A DNA stretch of 64,000 nt from Eledone cirrhosa. Its lineage: Eukaryota. Below, piece by piece: positions 39,162-52,745 of this stretch (positions are counted from its first letter, which is position 1; each line of letters begins with the position of its first letter). Below the pieces are notes generated by a model. The model was not told the origin of the DNA and ran no database searches. It saw nothing but the letters and a program-made list of their open reading frames with translations. A program made the translations under genes and the position numbers. The stretch covers positions 22,258,001 through 22,322,000 of the forward strand of contig OZ024747.1 in the NCBI GenBank assembly GCA_964016885.1, read 5' to 3'.

Positions 39162-40071
39162 GTAAGCCAAAATTCTCCTCAAATATTTTTTAGATATTTG
39201 GTGTGAACATGTGAATCTTTGCACTGCTTAAAATCTCTTATTTTTATCCCACCATATTAACCTTTAAAAGCAGTCAAAGCAATCGTTCTCATACTTTTCA
39301 GTCCTCCATTTTATTAGCCCTTCACCTCATTCCATTTTTACTACTACTCCATAGAATATTTACCCTAAATAATGTCACACTATATGAAAGATAATACCAC
39401 AGGAAATTTTAAAGAGGTAAAGATAAACTAAATACACCCTTAAGAATACCTTCACTTATAATGCCCCCCTCTTCCACTTTAAACTGTCATAACACCCCAC
39501 TGTTAGAAGATTGAACTTGTTAATGAGCAATAACACAATTCTTCTAGTGACCCTAGTCCCACCCTTGCAAGCAGGGAAAATCGGACATAAAATGATGATG
39601 ATGATGATGATGATGACCAGAATCTCTCCAATTTCTCTGTTCTCTTCATTCTATACACCTGATTGTATCTCATCTCATCTCATTTCATTCCTAAACCCAA
39701 TGTTAGAAAATTGACCAATCCTTTCAAGAATTTCATCCCTCTGGGATTTCTACTCAAATTAAACTGTGTTAGGTAAATTAGTGTTAAGATATGTATCAAG
39801 CATTAAAAAAGCTAACTAAAAATGAATTCACCTAATATTAAGATTATAAATTACCACACTATTAACCTCATATTTTAATATTTACAATATCAAAAACAAA
39901 TATGTTATCTAGTTCTATGAGGTTGCTAAAACATTATAATCTTAACATCTCAAACATTAAGACATTTAATACCTAATACAGTAGAGGTCACTTATTATAA
40001 TCAGAAATAATGCTATTAGATTTTTTTTTTTTTTTTTTCACTGTTATTTACATTTGGTTTTGTCTTTTTAG

Positions 40072-43000
40072 TTTCAAATGGTGATTGATGAGAATATACC
40101 ACTGCTTCGAACATTCCGTGCTGAACTAGCTAAGCGTTCTTCAATGCTTGTTGATGAAGACATGCAGGGATTCTTTCAGCAACTCGATAAATTTGATAGC
40201 CTTGGCAGTATTCCTGCTAGTTACATGAACTCTTCTTCCTCCTCATCAACTACCACAGCAGCCAATCAGCCATCAGCAACACACACAAGTAGCACATTTG
40301 TCTCAACTACTAAAACCTCAATAAAACAAATACATAGAACTGGTCGAGAGTCTAAAGAATCTCATCTATCAAATATTTCTGAAATGCCAGAAATGACACC
40401 ATTAAATGGAGATGTACACATTGAAGATGAAGCAATGCATACTTCTGAAGTTCCTGTGAAAAATGTCCAGAATATTATAAGTGTTGCCAAAACAAAATTT
40501 GAAACTACACAGGGTAGTGTTTTAGACAGCGTAGTTGTAAACCCACAGAACCAGAAGAAAGTCAGTTTATATGAAGCATTCCAACTGGGTATAATTGACA
40601 TGAGGACTGCTATGTATGTTAATCCTGTTACAAAAGCAAAAATGACTTTATCAGAAGCAGTCTATAAAGGTTTCTTAGATCCATCTGTATTCCAACAACT
40701 GCACCAACCTTGTGGTCTTCTTGACCCTCATTCAGGTCAAGAATGTACACTGATAGAAGCTATTCAGTCAGGTCTTTTGGATCCATTAAGGTGCAAAGTA
40801 TCAAACCCACTGACTGGAGAAATGATTCCTGTAGAACAGGCTTATGAACAAGGTTTAATTTCTCCAAAACTACCAAGCAAACTTGGTGTTAGTCCTGCTA
40901 TTACTGTCAGTGAAATCACTCAATCTCAAGCTCATTTTGGATTGCAAAATTTCCCAGGAGCAGATAAAGCTCTTGGTTTGGCAGAAATTCTTCAGAAGGA
41001 TATGTTTGATGAATTGAAAAGTAAAGTTTGTGATCCAATTTCTGGTCAAGAAATGACAATACTTGAAGCAGTTGAAAAAGGTTATATAAATCCTTCTTTG
41101 AAGGAAATCCGTGCAACAAGAACAACTCCTTTGATTTCTTTGACTGAAGCTGTGTCGAAGGGAATTATTCACCCACAATCAGGACAGTTTCTGGAAACCA
41201 GCTCTGGAAAATGGATGACTTTATCTGAAGCACAACGGAAGCAGTTACTTGTTCGACCCATGTCTTTATCAGATATTGTACAAAAAGGAAACCTAAATGA
41301 AGATGGTTTGATTTTTGAATCTGTAAGTAACCAAACTATTTCTTTTGCTAATGCTGTCAACCAAGGAATTATCAATACTGACTCTAAGAGCTTAATAATT
41401 ACAAAGACTAACGATATATTTTCCATCAAAGATGCTATTCAAAAAGGCATCTTAAATGACAAAGGGCAAGTTTTAATACCAGATGCTGAACAACCCCTTT
41501 CTATACAAGAGGCTTTAAGGGAAGGTCATATTAAAATTGCTCATGAGAGCATATCATTCCCACCTAAAACTATTCTTGATATCAATACTGGATCTTTGCT
41601 TTCTGTTCATGAAGCTTTAATGAGTGGTGTTTTAACAACACAAGGTGAATTTGTTGACTCACACACTGGAAGAAAGCTTTCAATAATTAATGCTGCCAAA
41701 CATGGTTTCCTTGATGAAGAAATAGCCTCCAATTTGACCAAGAAATTTCTTGAAGATCCATCTGGAAGAAAATTATCAGTGATTGAAGCAATTAAGGTTG
41801 GTGTGATTGATATTCAATCTGGAAATATTCTGGATAAATCTGGTAATATGGTACCATTACAGAATGCAGTCACTGAAAATATACTCTCACCAGAAAAGGC
41901 TCAAATGCTTCTCGAGTTAATAAGTCCTTTAATTATTTCTACAACTGTTACAACTTGTGTATCATCTGATCAGGTAAAACCACCTGTCTGTGCAATCACA
42001 ATCTCTGAAGCAATTTCCCGAGGTCTTCTTGCAGAGCAAGCTGGCACATTTAAAGACCCTAACACGGGGGAAATTATGACTATTGAAGATGCTATTTACC
42101 GAAAATTACTTCGTTTGTCATCAGAGTGGCCTTCCAGTAATGTACCTGGGCAATTTCTCCCAATGGGTACAGATGAATTTGATGAAACAGCAGAGAGAGC
42201 ACCTAAAAAACAGAAGACTGAGTTTTCTAACAGGGAAGACAGTACCATAGAAACTCCCCAAGAACTCCTGAAATCTAATGATTCTATTGTGGAATCTGCT
42301 TTTATTAGTAAATCTGCTCAAAATTATACATTCACTCAAATAGCTTTAACAAAACCTATTAAATCAGTTATCTCCGAAGTTCGTAACATGTCAATCAAAT
42401 CTGTGGTTGACCCTAAATCTAAAAAAGTTATAGATGTAAATGAAGCTATTGATAAAGGTCTCATTGATATAGCGTCTGGTTTATTTTCTGATCCTCTAAC
42501 AGGTGATAATATTCCTATAAATGAAGCTATCAAAAAAGGTTATATAAATGCTGAATATACTGAGGACCCACCTCCAATAGCTGAAGAACCCATTAAAGAA
42601 ACTATGGCCTTTTCAATAACTGGTATCCTTCATCCTGTCACCAAAGGGAAGTTATCTGTTAGTCAAGCAATACAATTAGGAATACTTGATCAAGATAGAG
42701 GACAGTATGTAGGAATTAAAGATAATAAAGAATGTCGAATCCCCATTAGTCAAGCAATTGAAGCAGGTCTTGTTATTGCTGAAGACTTGAGTACAGTGCC
42801 AAAATCCATTAAACCAGATTGGATCCGAGAAACAAAAACATTCAATTTAAAGAGTGTTGTGCATCCAGTTACAAATGAAATCATGACTGTGGCAGAAGCA
42901 ATTCATGAAGGTATCATTGATGAATCTCGTGGCCTTTATGTCAACCCTTTAACCTTAGAAAAAATAATGATAACTGAAGCAATTGAAATGAAACTTATTG

Positions 43001-46000
43001 ATGCTGAATTGTCATTTGTTACTCCCAATGTTGAACGTGAAGGAAATCGAATCATAACCACAAAACAAACCACTATGACTGTCTCCTCTGCTGTGGATCC
43101 TAGAACTGGTAAAAAAATATCGGTAAATGAGGCTATCAGAGAAGGTATATTAAATTATTCTAAAGGTTTATACATAAACCCATCAACAAAAGAAGAAATG
43201 CCTCTTGAAGATGCTATTCTGAAAGGATTAATATTTACTGAAGAAACCAGAGCTCCTGTTAATGACAGATCTGAAATAAGTAGTATTCATATTACTGAAG
43301 ATGAAGAAACCTTTGAAAGTACAATGGTTGAAGATGTAACATCACAAACAGTTACCTTAAGTATCACAAGCGTTGTTGACCCACTCACTATGGAACTTGT
43401 TTCCTATGACAAAGCTGTAGAAAAGGGAGTGCTAAAACTACATGAAGGCCTTTATACAAATCCATCAACTGGTGAGAACATGTCCATTACAACAGCACTT
43501 GAAAAGGGTCTTATTCATGGAGAAGTCACTTCGCAGCAAAAAGAAGAAGATATTTTGAAAAGTTCTATCATGGCTGAGTCCCCTGAATTTCCATTCAATA
43601 AAGTAACATCAGTTATTGATCCTAGAAATGGAGCAGAGATATCTTTGTCAAAAGCTATAAAAGAAAATATAATTGATGTTGATAATGGTATATTCTATGA
43701 TTCAAGATCCCATGAACATCTGAACCTTCATGATGCACTGAATCAAGGCTTTATAAAATTATCGAAAACAACTGATGTCTCACAATTAAACATTACTACA
43801 GATGAGGATCAGGTTGATGAATATTCTGGACAATCAAACACAGAAATCCTTTCTCCAAAGTCTCCAACAAAGGTGGATATGAAATTAGAGAAATCAGAAT
43901 TTACTGCCTCTAGTCCTTTTGAAAATGAGTCAATTGCTACAGAAGCTATTAACATTGAAGTTGATGTAACAAAGAAAACAAAAGACAAGTTTTCAATTTC
44001 ACTTTCAGAAGACGGTCAATTTGAAAAACCTACATCTGGTTTCTCTTATGCTGAAGGAATCAAATTAGGTTTCATTGATCCACAGACTGGTTTAGTAAAT
44101 ATCCCTTCATTGGAAAAACCAATCACCATTTTAGAAGCTATTCATCAGAACATATTAGATCCTAACAAAGCTGCAATCCTTGATATTCAGGGAAATCGCA
44201 CCCTTACACTGCAAGACTGCTTCAAAATGAATAAACTCGATCCTCAAACAGGAAAAGTAAATGATATTGAAACCCTTGAGTATTTACAAGGTCTTTTTAA
44301 TGCTCAAGATACAAAACCTCTGAATCTAATTGATGCTGTTTCTCTTGGAATGTTTAATCCTGAGACTGGGCTGTTTTCTAATAGGTTAGGTCAGACTTTC
44401 ACACTTGAAGAAGCCATCAGAGCTAATGTTATATGCACTGACTTTATTACAGTAAAAAATCTTTCAACTACTGAGAGACTTCCATTTGAATCAGCCTTAA
44501 AACTAGGATTGGTAGATAAATTGACAGCAGAAGTAACTGATACTAAGCGTTTGTGTAAGCTTCCTCTTACAGGTGCTATCGAAAAGAAGATTGTTGAAAG
44601 CATGTATGATCCAGAATCTGGGGGATTATATGATCCCAAAACACAACAAACCATTCCAGTAAAATCAATGATCACAGAAGAACATCCTAGTGGATCAAAG
44701 TTTGAAGTTTATGATAGTGAAAGGGGAGAAACAGTCCCCTTATCTGTCGCACTTCAAAGAAATCTTGTTGACAAACAGACTGGAGAAGTGATTGATTCTT
44801 CAAGCAATAAAAAATTAAGTGCCAAAGAAGCTGTGAAACTTGGTCTGCTAGCAACTATTGGAGCGCCAGTTATTGGAACTGCTCTTGCTGGGAAAACTAT
44901 CTATAATGCAGTTAAGAATAAATTAAATGAAAAGTCTGCTAAAGACACTCAAGATAAGACATCAACTAGAGAACAATCTAGAAATCAATTACCCACTTCA
45001 AGGTCTGATCAACAACAAATTGAAAAGTCAAAAGGAGGACAGACGCCTACTTCAATACTGGATGTACCACAGAGAGGTCAACAAACACCATCGACAGCTG
45101 ATGTACCACAGAGAGGTCAACAAACACCATCGACAGCTGATGTACTACAGAAAGGTCAAGAAACACTATCAAGACCTGATGTACCTCAGAGAGGTCAACA
45201 AACATCATCGACACCTGATGTACCTAAGAGAGGTCAACAAGCACCATTGACACCTGATGTACCTAAGAGAGGTCAACAAGCTCCATCAACACCTGATGAA
45301 CCTCAGAGAGGTCAACAAGCACCATCGACACCTGATGTACCTCAGAGAGGTCAACAAACACCATCAAGACCTGATGTACCCCAGAGAGGTCAACAAACAC
45401 CATCGACACCTGATGTACCTAAGAGAGGTCAACAAGCTCCATCAACACCTGATGTACCTAAGAGAGGCCAACAAACACCATCAACACCTGATGTACCCCA
45501 GAGAGGTCAACAAGCACCATCGACACCTGATGTACCCCAGAGAGGTCAACAAACACCATCAAGACCTGATGTACCCCAGAGAGGTCAACAGACACCATCG
45601 ACACCTGATGTACCTCAGAGAGGTCAACAAGCACCATCAACACCTGATGTACCTCAGAGAGGTCAACAAGCACCATCAACACCTGATGTACCTCAGAGAG
45701 GTCAACAAGCACCATCGACACCTGATGTACCTCAGAGAGGTCAACAAGCACCATCGACATCTGATGTACCTCAGAGAGGTCAACAAGCACCATCGACACC
45801 TGATGTATCTAAGAGAGGTCAACAAGCACCATCAACACCTGATGTACCTCAGAGAGGTCAACAAGCACCATCTGCTGCTGATGTACCCCAGAGAGGTCAA
45901 CAAACACCATTGACACCTGATGTACCCCAGAGCGGTCAACAAGCACCATCGACACCTGATGTACCTAAGAGAGGTCAACAAGCACCATTGACACCTGATG

Positions 46001-49000
46001 TACCCCAGAGAGGTCAACAAGCACCATCGACACCTGATGTACCTCAGAGCGGTCAACAAGCACCATCGACACCTGATGTACCTCAGAGAGGTCAACAAGC
46101 CCCATCGACACCTGATGTACCTCAGAGAGGTCAACAAACACCATCAAGACCTGATGTACCCCAGAGAGGTCAACAAGCACCATCGACACCTGATGTACCC
46201 CAGAGAGGTCAACAAACATCATCAAGACCTGATGTACCTAAGAGAGGTCAACAAGCACCATCGACACCTGATGTACCTAAGAGAGGTCAACAAGCACCAT
46301 CGACACCTGATGTACCTAAGAGAGGTCAACAGACACCATCGACACCTGATGTACTTCAGAGAGGTCAACAAACACCATCGACACCTGATGTACCCCAGAG
46401 AGGTCAACAAACACCATCGACACCTGATGTACCCCAGAGAGGTCAACAAACACCATCGACACCTGATGTATCTAAGAGAGGTCAACAAGCACCATCAACA
46501 CCTGATGTACCTCAGAGAGGTCAACAAGCACCATCTGCTGCTGATGTACCCCAGAGAGGTCAACAAACACCATTGACACCTGATGTACCCCAGAGAGGTC
46601 AACAAACACCATTGACACCTGATGTACCCCAGAGAGGTCTACAAACACCATTGACACCTGATGTACCCCAGAGAGGTCTACAAACACCATCGACACCTGA
46701 TGTACCCCAGAGACGTCAACAAACACCATCAAGACCTGATGTACCTCAGAGAGGTCAACAAGCACCATCTGCAGCTGATGTACCACAGGATAGTAAGTTA
46801 CCTGCCTCTGTAACTGACACATTACAGAAAAGTGAACAACTTTCTTCACCCAAAGTGCCACAAATATTTCAATCACCTTCCACAGACATTGATAATGAAA
46901 TGATGGAAAGAAATAGACAAGTTTCATCGGGTGATTCTTTTGACAAACCATCTACAACAATAATATATGCTAAACCTGATGACCAGATCAAACCAACTCT
47001 GCCTCACCAACATATGACTGAAAGTCAGTCAGTCATTATTAGCAGCACATCAACTATTAGTAGTGAAACAACAAGTATATCATCCCCACTTCCAGCTTCG
47101 ATGAATCAAATACAGCCAGTTGACATGAATTCTGCTCAAGAAATTTCTTATTCAAATGTGATTCCAAAAGATGGCTCAAAAGTTAGCATTGATTGGGAAA
47201 ATGGTTTGGTATTTGATTCTTCGACTGGAACGCAGATGACTGTAACTGAAGCTGTACAGAAAGGCCTGCTCAATAGTGATTTGATAGAAAATCTTGCTGA
47301 GCAGCATACACCACAAATGTCCTTTTCCAAGAGTATCAACATCAATTGGCAGTCTGGTCAAATAACTGACATGAAAACTCAACAACCACTAACAATAACT
47401 GAAGCATTGCATAAAGGGCTCCTTGATACAGTAACTGCAGAAAAGTTAGCTGCAGTTTCTGGAGAAAAACTGCCCACTGACATAATTGCTAGTGCCTTAG
47501 AATCAAAGAAGAGCAAACCAGCTGAACCAGAACTGATAACATCTAGTACTAAGGAATTTCACCAGACAGTTACTGTGAGAGAAAGTTGTACTGTTTCTCA
47601 GCTAGGAACAGATGTCAAACAATCTGCTTCATTCACATCTGGGTTGCCCATGACATTGAATGATGCAGTCCATGGTGGTCATTTCTTAAATGAATTGGGT
47701 AAAATCATCAATCCAATGAATGGTCACCCAATGACTATTAGGGAGGCCGTTGACCATGGAGTGATTGACTGTGATAAGTCTGTCATAATTGATCCCAAAA
47801 GTGGCACTGTTTTATCAGTAAGGTTGGCAATGCATGGAAAGGTTCTTAATCCCGATACTGGTGAACTTATCCATACTGTGACTGGTGAGCGGATACCTTT
47901 GAATGAAGCTCTTCTGGAGGGTTTGATTCCTGATGAAATACTATCTACAGGAATGGACGTAAAAGATTCCCCAGAATCAAGCACAGAACTCTCTACAAAC
48001 TTACCTAATGTTAATATTGATCAAAAGTATACTTTAGATGAAGCTATAAATCTAGGTTTGATTAATGAACAGAATGGAACTTTCACTCACCCAACAACCA
48101 AAGACATAATGACACTTTCTACTGCTGTTCAGTATGGATTTATTGGCTCTGATAAAGACAGTTTAGCAGAACCAAAAGAGCTTCATAAATATCAAAAGGT
48201 AACGAAAGACAGTGTTTCAAATGTATCAATCAAAACATATTCAAATAATACACCAGAAACAACACTTGTCCACCAGCCAATAGCATTGTCAACTGGTGAA
48301 ATCTCCAAAGATCAAAGCTTATCTGATATCACCACTGAAACTGTTGTGAAAAGACAAAAGGGCAGTAAAAACACAGATGAGTTGGCCAAGAGACTTTCTT
48401 TTGCAGAAGCTCTGAACCAAGGTTTTATTGATTTGGCAGAAAATAAATATACAGACCCCAAAACTGGATCACGGATGGCAATCTTAGATGCTATCAGAGA
48501 ACAACTTATTGATCCTAGCGCTGACATTGAAGCATCACCAGAACCTTCCTCCAAAATGAGCCTAATTACAGCAATTGATGCAGGTCTGTTTGATCCTAAT
48601 TCTGGGAAGTTTACTGAATCTATGTCTGGACAAACAATGCCTCTTCAAGAGGCAGTTGATCGTGGTTTCATCAATGACCAGACTGCTATCTATGATTTAA
48701 AAAGTCAGAAAATGTTGACTCTTCAAGATGGTTGGAAAGAAGGGAAGATTGATAAAACTAGTGGTAAATTTATTGATGGAAATAAAACATTTGACTTGAA
48801 GGATGCCGCAAAAATTGGACTTATCGCTGTGGCTGGTATTGCTGGAGCACCAGTTATTGCTGGGAAAATGTTATTTGATTCAGGAAAGAAATTAGTAGAA
48901 AAATCTATCAGCAAAAGAGACACCCCTTCCATTCCAGTTGCAGTTGAAGCAACAAAAGGAAGTATGATCCAACCTAATGTAGTTGAAGTTGTCAAAGTTA

Positions 49001-52000
49001 AACAACTGTCTCCAGTCAATGAAGATGCAATGACATTAATGGAGGCAATATCAAGTGGTTTCTTGAATTCTAGCACAGGAATGTACAAAATACCTTTCTC
49101 AGGAGATTCCATCACACTTCAAGAAGCTATTGACTCTGGTTATATTTTCCCAACATCTGGGTCTATAAATATTGATGGTCATACCTATACATTGCAAGAT
49201 GCATTTAACCAAAATTTGATCGATGCCACTGGACATTTCATTGATCCCAGTAACAAAACTAAAAAGACGTTGCATGATTTAATTAACTGTGGAGATTTAC
49301 AAGAGAAACCAGTAGATAACCGTGTATCAAGTAAAATAACAATCAAAGAGATTGATAAATTGTCTATTGATGAGGTACTAGACCCTTCAACTGGTAAATA
49401 TATTGATCTGAAGACCGCTACTGACAAAGGTATTGTCAATATTGAAAGTGGGAGTTATAACAATCCTGTCACTGGACAAACATTCTCATTGGTCAATGCC
49501 CTTGATTCTGGCTTTGTCCATGGTAACACACTTGACAATCTGATATCAAGAGAAGAGAAAACAAAAGAAGGTTACAAGGCTGCAGTTTCATTCTCTGAAC
49601 AGAAAGACGTACATATATCTTCAGTATTAGATCCAAATACTGGAGAAAAGATGCCTCTTGCAGAAGCAATTAAGAAGGACATATTGAATATACAACAAGA
49701 AACATTCACAAATCAAAAAACAGGTGAACGTATGACATTAGACAAAGCTCTCAGTAAAGGTTACATCTCTACAGAAGAAACTGATGATCAATATCCTAGC
49801 TCTCAACTGAGGGAGGAAAAGAAAGATGTGACTGTCACAAAAAGACACTCTATTACAATAAGTCATGTTACTGACCCTGCTACACAAACAGTTCTTCCAA
49901 TCAGTGATGCTGTAGAGAAAGGTTTGCTTGATGTTTCAGAGGGTGTCCTCTTAAACAAAGCTACTGGTGAGCATATTGCATTATCTGAAGCATTCAAAAA
50001 AGGTTTAGTGAAAGGCTCAGAAGATAGCTCCACTGCTGATTTGACATACCCTGGCTCTGAAAACACATTGAAAATTCAGTCTGTTTATGATCCTCAGCTG
50101 AAAGACTTTTTGTCTATTGATGATGCCAATAAAAAAGACCTTATAAGCTTGGAAAGTGGTACTTACACAGATGAAGATGGAGTGAAAATCTCTCTGTCTG
50201 AAGCTGTCAAGAAGGGCTACTGTAAAAGTGAACAAAATGTCCCCAGTGCTCCACTTCCTATTAAATTCATTGTTGATCCTCAAACTGGGCGTCAACTAAC
50301 TGTAACGGAAGCTATTCAACAAAACATTGTTGATAAAGACTTAGGCCATTATCAAGACAAAACTACTGGAAATATATATCCCATGTCAGAAGCTGTTAAG
50401 AAAGATTTGGTAATAACTGTTCAACCAGCAGGAGATTTTGTGGTTCATTCTAAAAAACAAGAATCTATTCAAATCACAGATGTTGTTGATACACGTACTG
50501 GAAAAACATTACCACTTGACAAAGCTGTGAAAGCTGGTCTGTTTGACCCACAGAAGGGAGAAATGATAGATCAAATTACTGGAGAACATTTGCCAATCCA
50601 ACAAGCAGTGACCAAAGGCTTAGTAAAAGTTACTCCAGCCTCGCCAGATGCTCCAGTTTCACCAGATGTTCCAACTGCAAAATCGTTGAGTTCTTCAGCC
50701 GTTATAAAAGATGTTAAGACTGGCAGAAATCTAACTTCAGAAGAGTCTATAAATGCTGGTATTTTAGATCCCAAGAACAACCTATTCAAGAATACAGCTA
50801 CAGGAGAAATCTTGCACTTATCAGAAGCTATTGAGAAAAACTTAGTTATAGATATGAAGAAACCAAAGAAATGTGACATTCAGAAGGGTACATCTCGTCA
50901 TATAAATGTGACTGCAGTTCTTAACACTAATACTGGAGAAGAACTAACATTAGAGGAAGCAGTTGCACAGAATATTATTGATAGAGATGGGAAAACCTAC
51001 TTAGATACAAATTCTGGATCAGTTCTAAGTATTGAGGAAGCTATGAAAGAAGGTTTTGTTTCTGGTTCTGTACAATCTGTGGTCACCACTAAGACTACTG
51101 TATCATCTCAAAAACCTGGAGTAACATATAATGTTATTGGAGCTGTTGATCCTGAGAAAAAAGCGATGATAAGCATGGCTGATGCCTTTGAAAAAGGAAT
51201 ATTAGATCCTGCTGGAAATTATGTTGACATCAAAACTAATAACACATTATCAATTACAGAAGCAATTCAAAAGGGATTTGTGCAAGCTGAAATTATTGAA
51301 GGTTCTGTTAAAAGAACAAAGCCTGGATTAAAATTAAAAGATGCTCTAATTAAAGGTCTCGTGAATAGGAAAACTGGAAAATATGTTGATCCAGGTTCCA
51401 ATAGTTCCTATTCTGTTGATGAAGCTGTTTTATTAGGAATCTTAGTCAATGATCAAGATGAACCTTTCCATTTCCCTGATAACAGCCGGTCACCAAAAGC
51501 ATGTTCTTTCAAAGAGGCTATAAAAATGGGTCAAATAAATGAAAAAACGGGGTTATTTACACGGCCTGATACCAAAACTGAATGTGATCTTCAGACTGCT
51601 GTTGATGAAGGATATTTATCACCAAAACTACCAAGAGCTAAAAAGTCTCCAGTTGAATCAGTTGTTATGCTTAAAAGCTCTGAACTTCCTTCCAATACAA
51701 AATCTGATTCAAGTATACCATTTAAACAAGCTCTTAATGATGGCCTTTTAGATGTAAACAGCCAACGGTACCAGGATTCTGGAAAAGGTGTAGATATGAC
51801 TATAGAGGATGCTGTGAAATGTGGTATTCTGAGTGATCTTACTACGAGAGACCCTATCACTTTTAATGATGCCGTTAAATCTGGACTGATTGATTCATCA
51901 TCAGGAACCTTCCGAAACCCTGTCACTAACGTTGCTTTGTCATTGGATGAAGCTTTCCAATGTGGATTTTTGGTACCTACTAGGTCTCCATCTTCTGACC

Positions 52001-52521
52001 GCAATGGAAATATTCCTCCCAATGAAGATAAGCCTATTTCTTTGAGCAAAGCTTTACAAGATGGTTATTTAGATAAGACAACAGGAAAATACACCGATCC
52101 TACCAGCCATGTATCTCTTTCACTGGACAAAGCTCTTGAGCTAGGTTATGTTACTGCTAAAAGAGACATTCGTGATGAAGCTAAGCCAAAGGAACCTTTC
52201 CGAAACGATCAATACATGACAGTCACAGAAGGTTCACCTTTTAGTCCTGATCAAAGTACTCATTATTCAAATGGAGAATTAATTTCAAAAAGTGCTACTG
52301 AGATCCAAACTATAGCTACGAGTTCAACCTATATGGCAGCTCCTGGTTTCTATATTGATTCAAGTGGTAATGTCATTAATAATACCACTGGAGATGTAAT
52401 TCCTCTCAAAGAAGCAGTCACCATGGGACTTGTAACATCAGAAGCTGTTGAAGGAAGCAGTTTTCTTCAGGTAATTGGAGAGAAACCACTGCCAACTTTA
52501 GAAGTTGATTCTTCAGAAACA
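40072..52521 (+). CDS. Giant exon (12,450 bp, 4,150 codons): plectin/plakin-repeat array with internal low-complexity repeat
   Basis: Acceptor ttttag|TTT CAA ATG; donor GAA ACA|gtaagt; same frame as the 4182-aa ORF; recurring DPxTGxx[LMI][ST][LIV]xEA[IV]xxG[LI][LI] plectin-repeat motif. Confidence 0.95.
45058..46790 (+). repeat. Coding minisatellite, 39-bp unit (13 aa PSTPDVPQRGQQ[A/T]), ~44 copies
   Basis: Unit cctgatgtacctcagagaggtcaacaagcaccatcgaca repeated in frame within the giant exon. Confidence 0.97.
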
Positions 52522-52611
52522 GTAAGTGTTCCTAATTTTATAATTCAACTTTTTGTGTCAGATTTAACTATGTTTCATTACAATTTGGATATGTTAGTAT
52601 TTAATAATCCA

Positions 52612-52745
52612 TCATTATTATCATGATTATCATCATTACCATTATCATGATTATCATCATCAATATCATTGCCATCATCATTATCATCATCACCACCACC
52701 ATCATCATCATTATCATTACCTTCATCACCACCATCATCATCATG
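52612..52745. repeat. Imperfect (CAT)n/(CAC)n microsatellite
   Basis: catcattatcatcatcaccaccaccatc... Confidence 0.85.

Noticed and set aside
44927-46951. Overlapping alternative-frame and antisense ORFs (HHRHLMYLREVNK, VHQVSMVLVDLS, YIRCRWCLLTSL)
   Set aside because: By-products of a 39-bp unit lacking stops in other frames; they break wherever unit variants introduce stops
51706-51725. SxIP (EB-binding) motif DSSIPF
   Set aside because: IP is part of the start of a plectin-repeat helix, and such 4-mers are expected by chance in 4,150 aa
40362-52049. Numerous minus-strand ORFs of 65-152 aa over the giant exon
   Set aside because: Antisense shadows of a long coding frame; no recognisable domains
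40078-52626. 4182-aa ORF as a stand-alone single-exon gene
   Set aside because: A strong acceptor lies 6 nt before the ATG, in phase with the upstream exon, and a consensus donor lies at 52522; it is an internal exon
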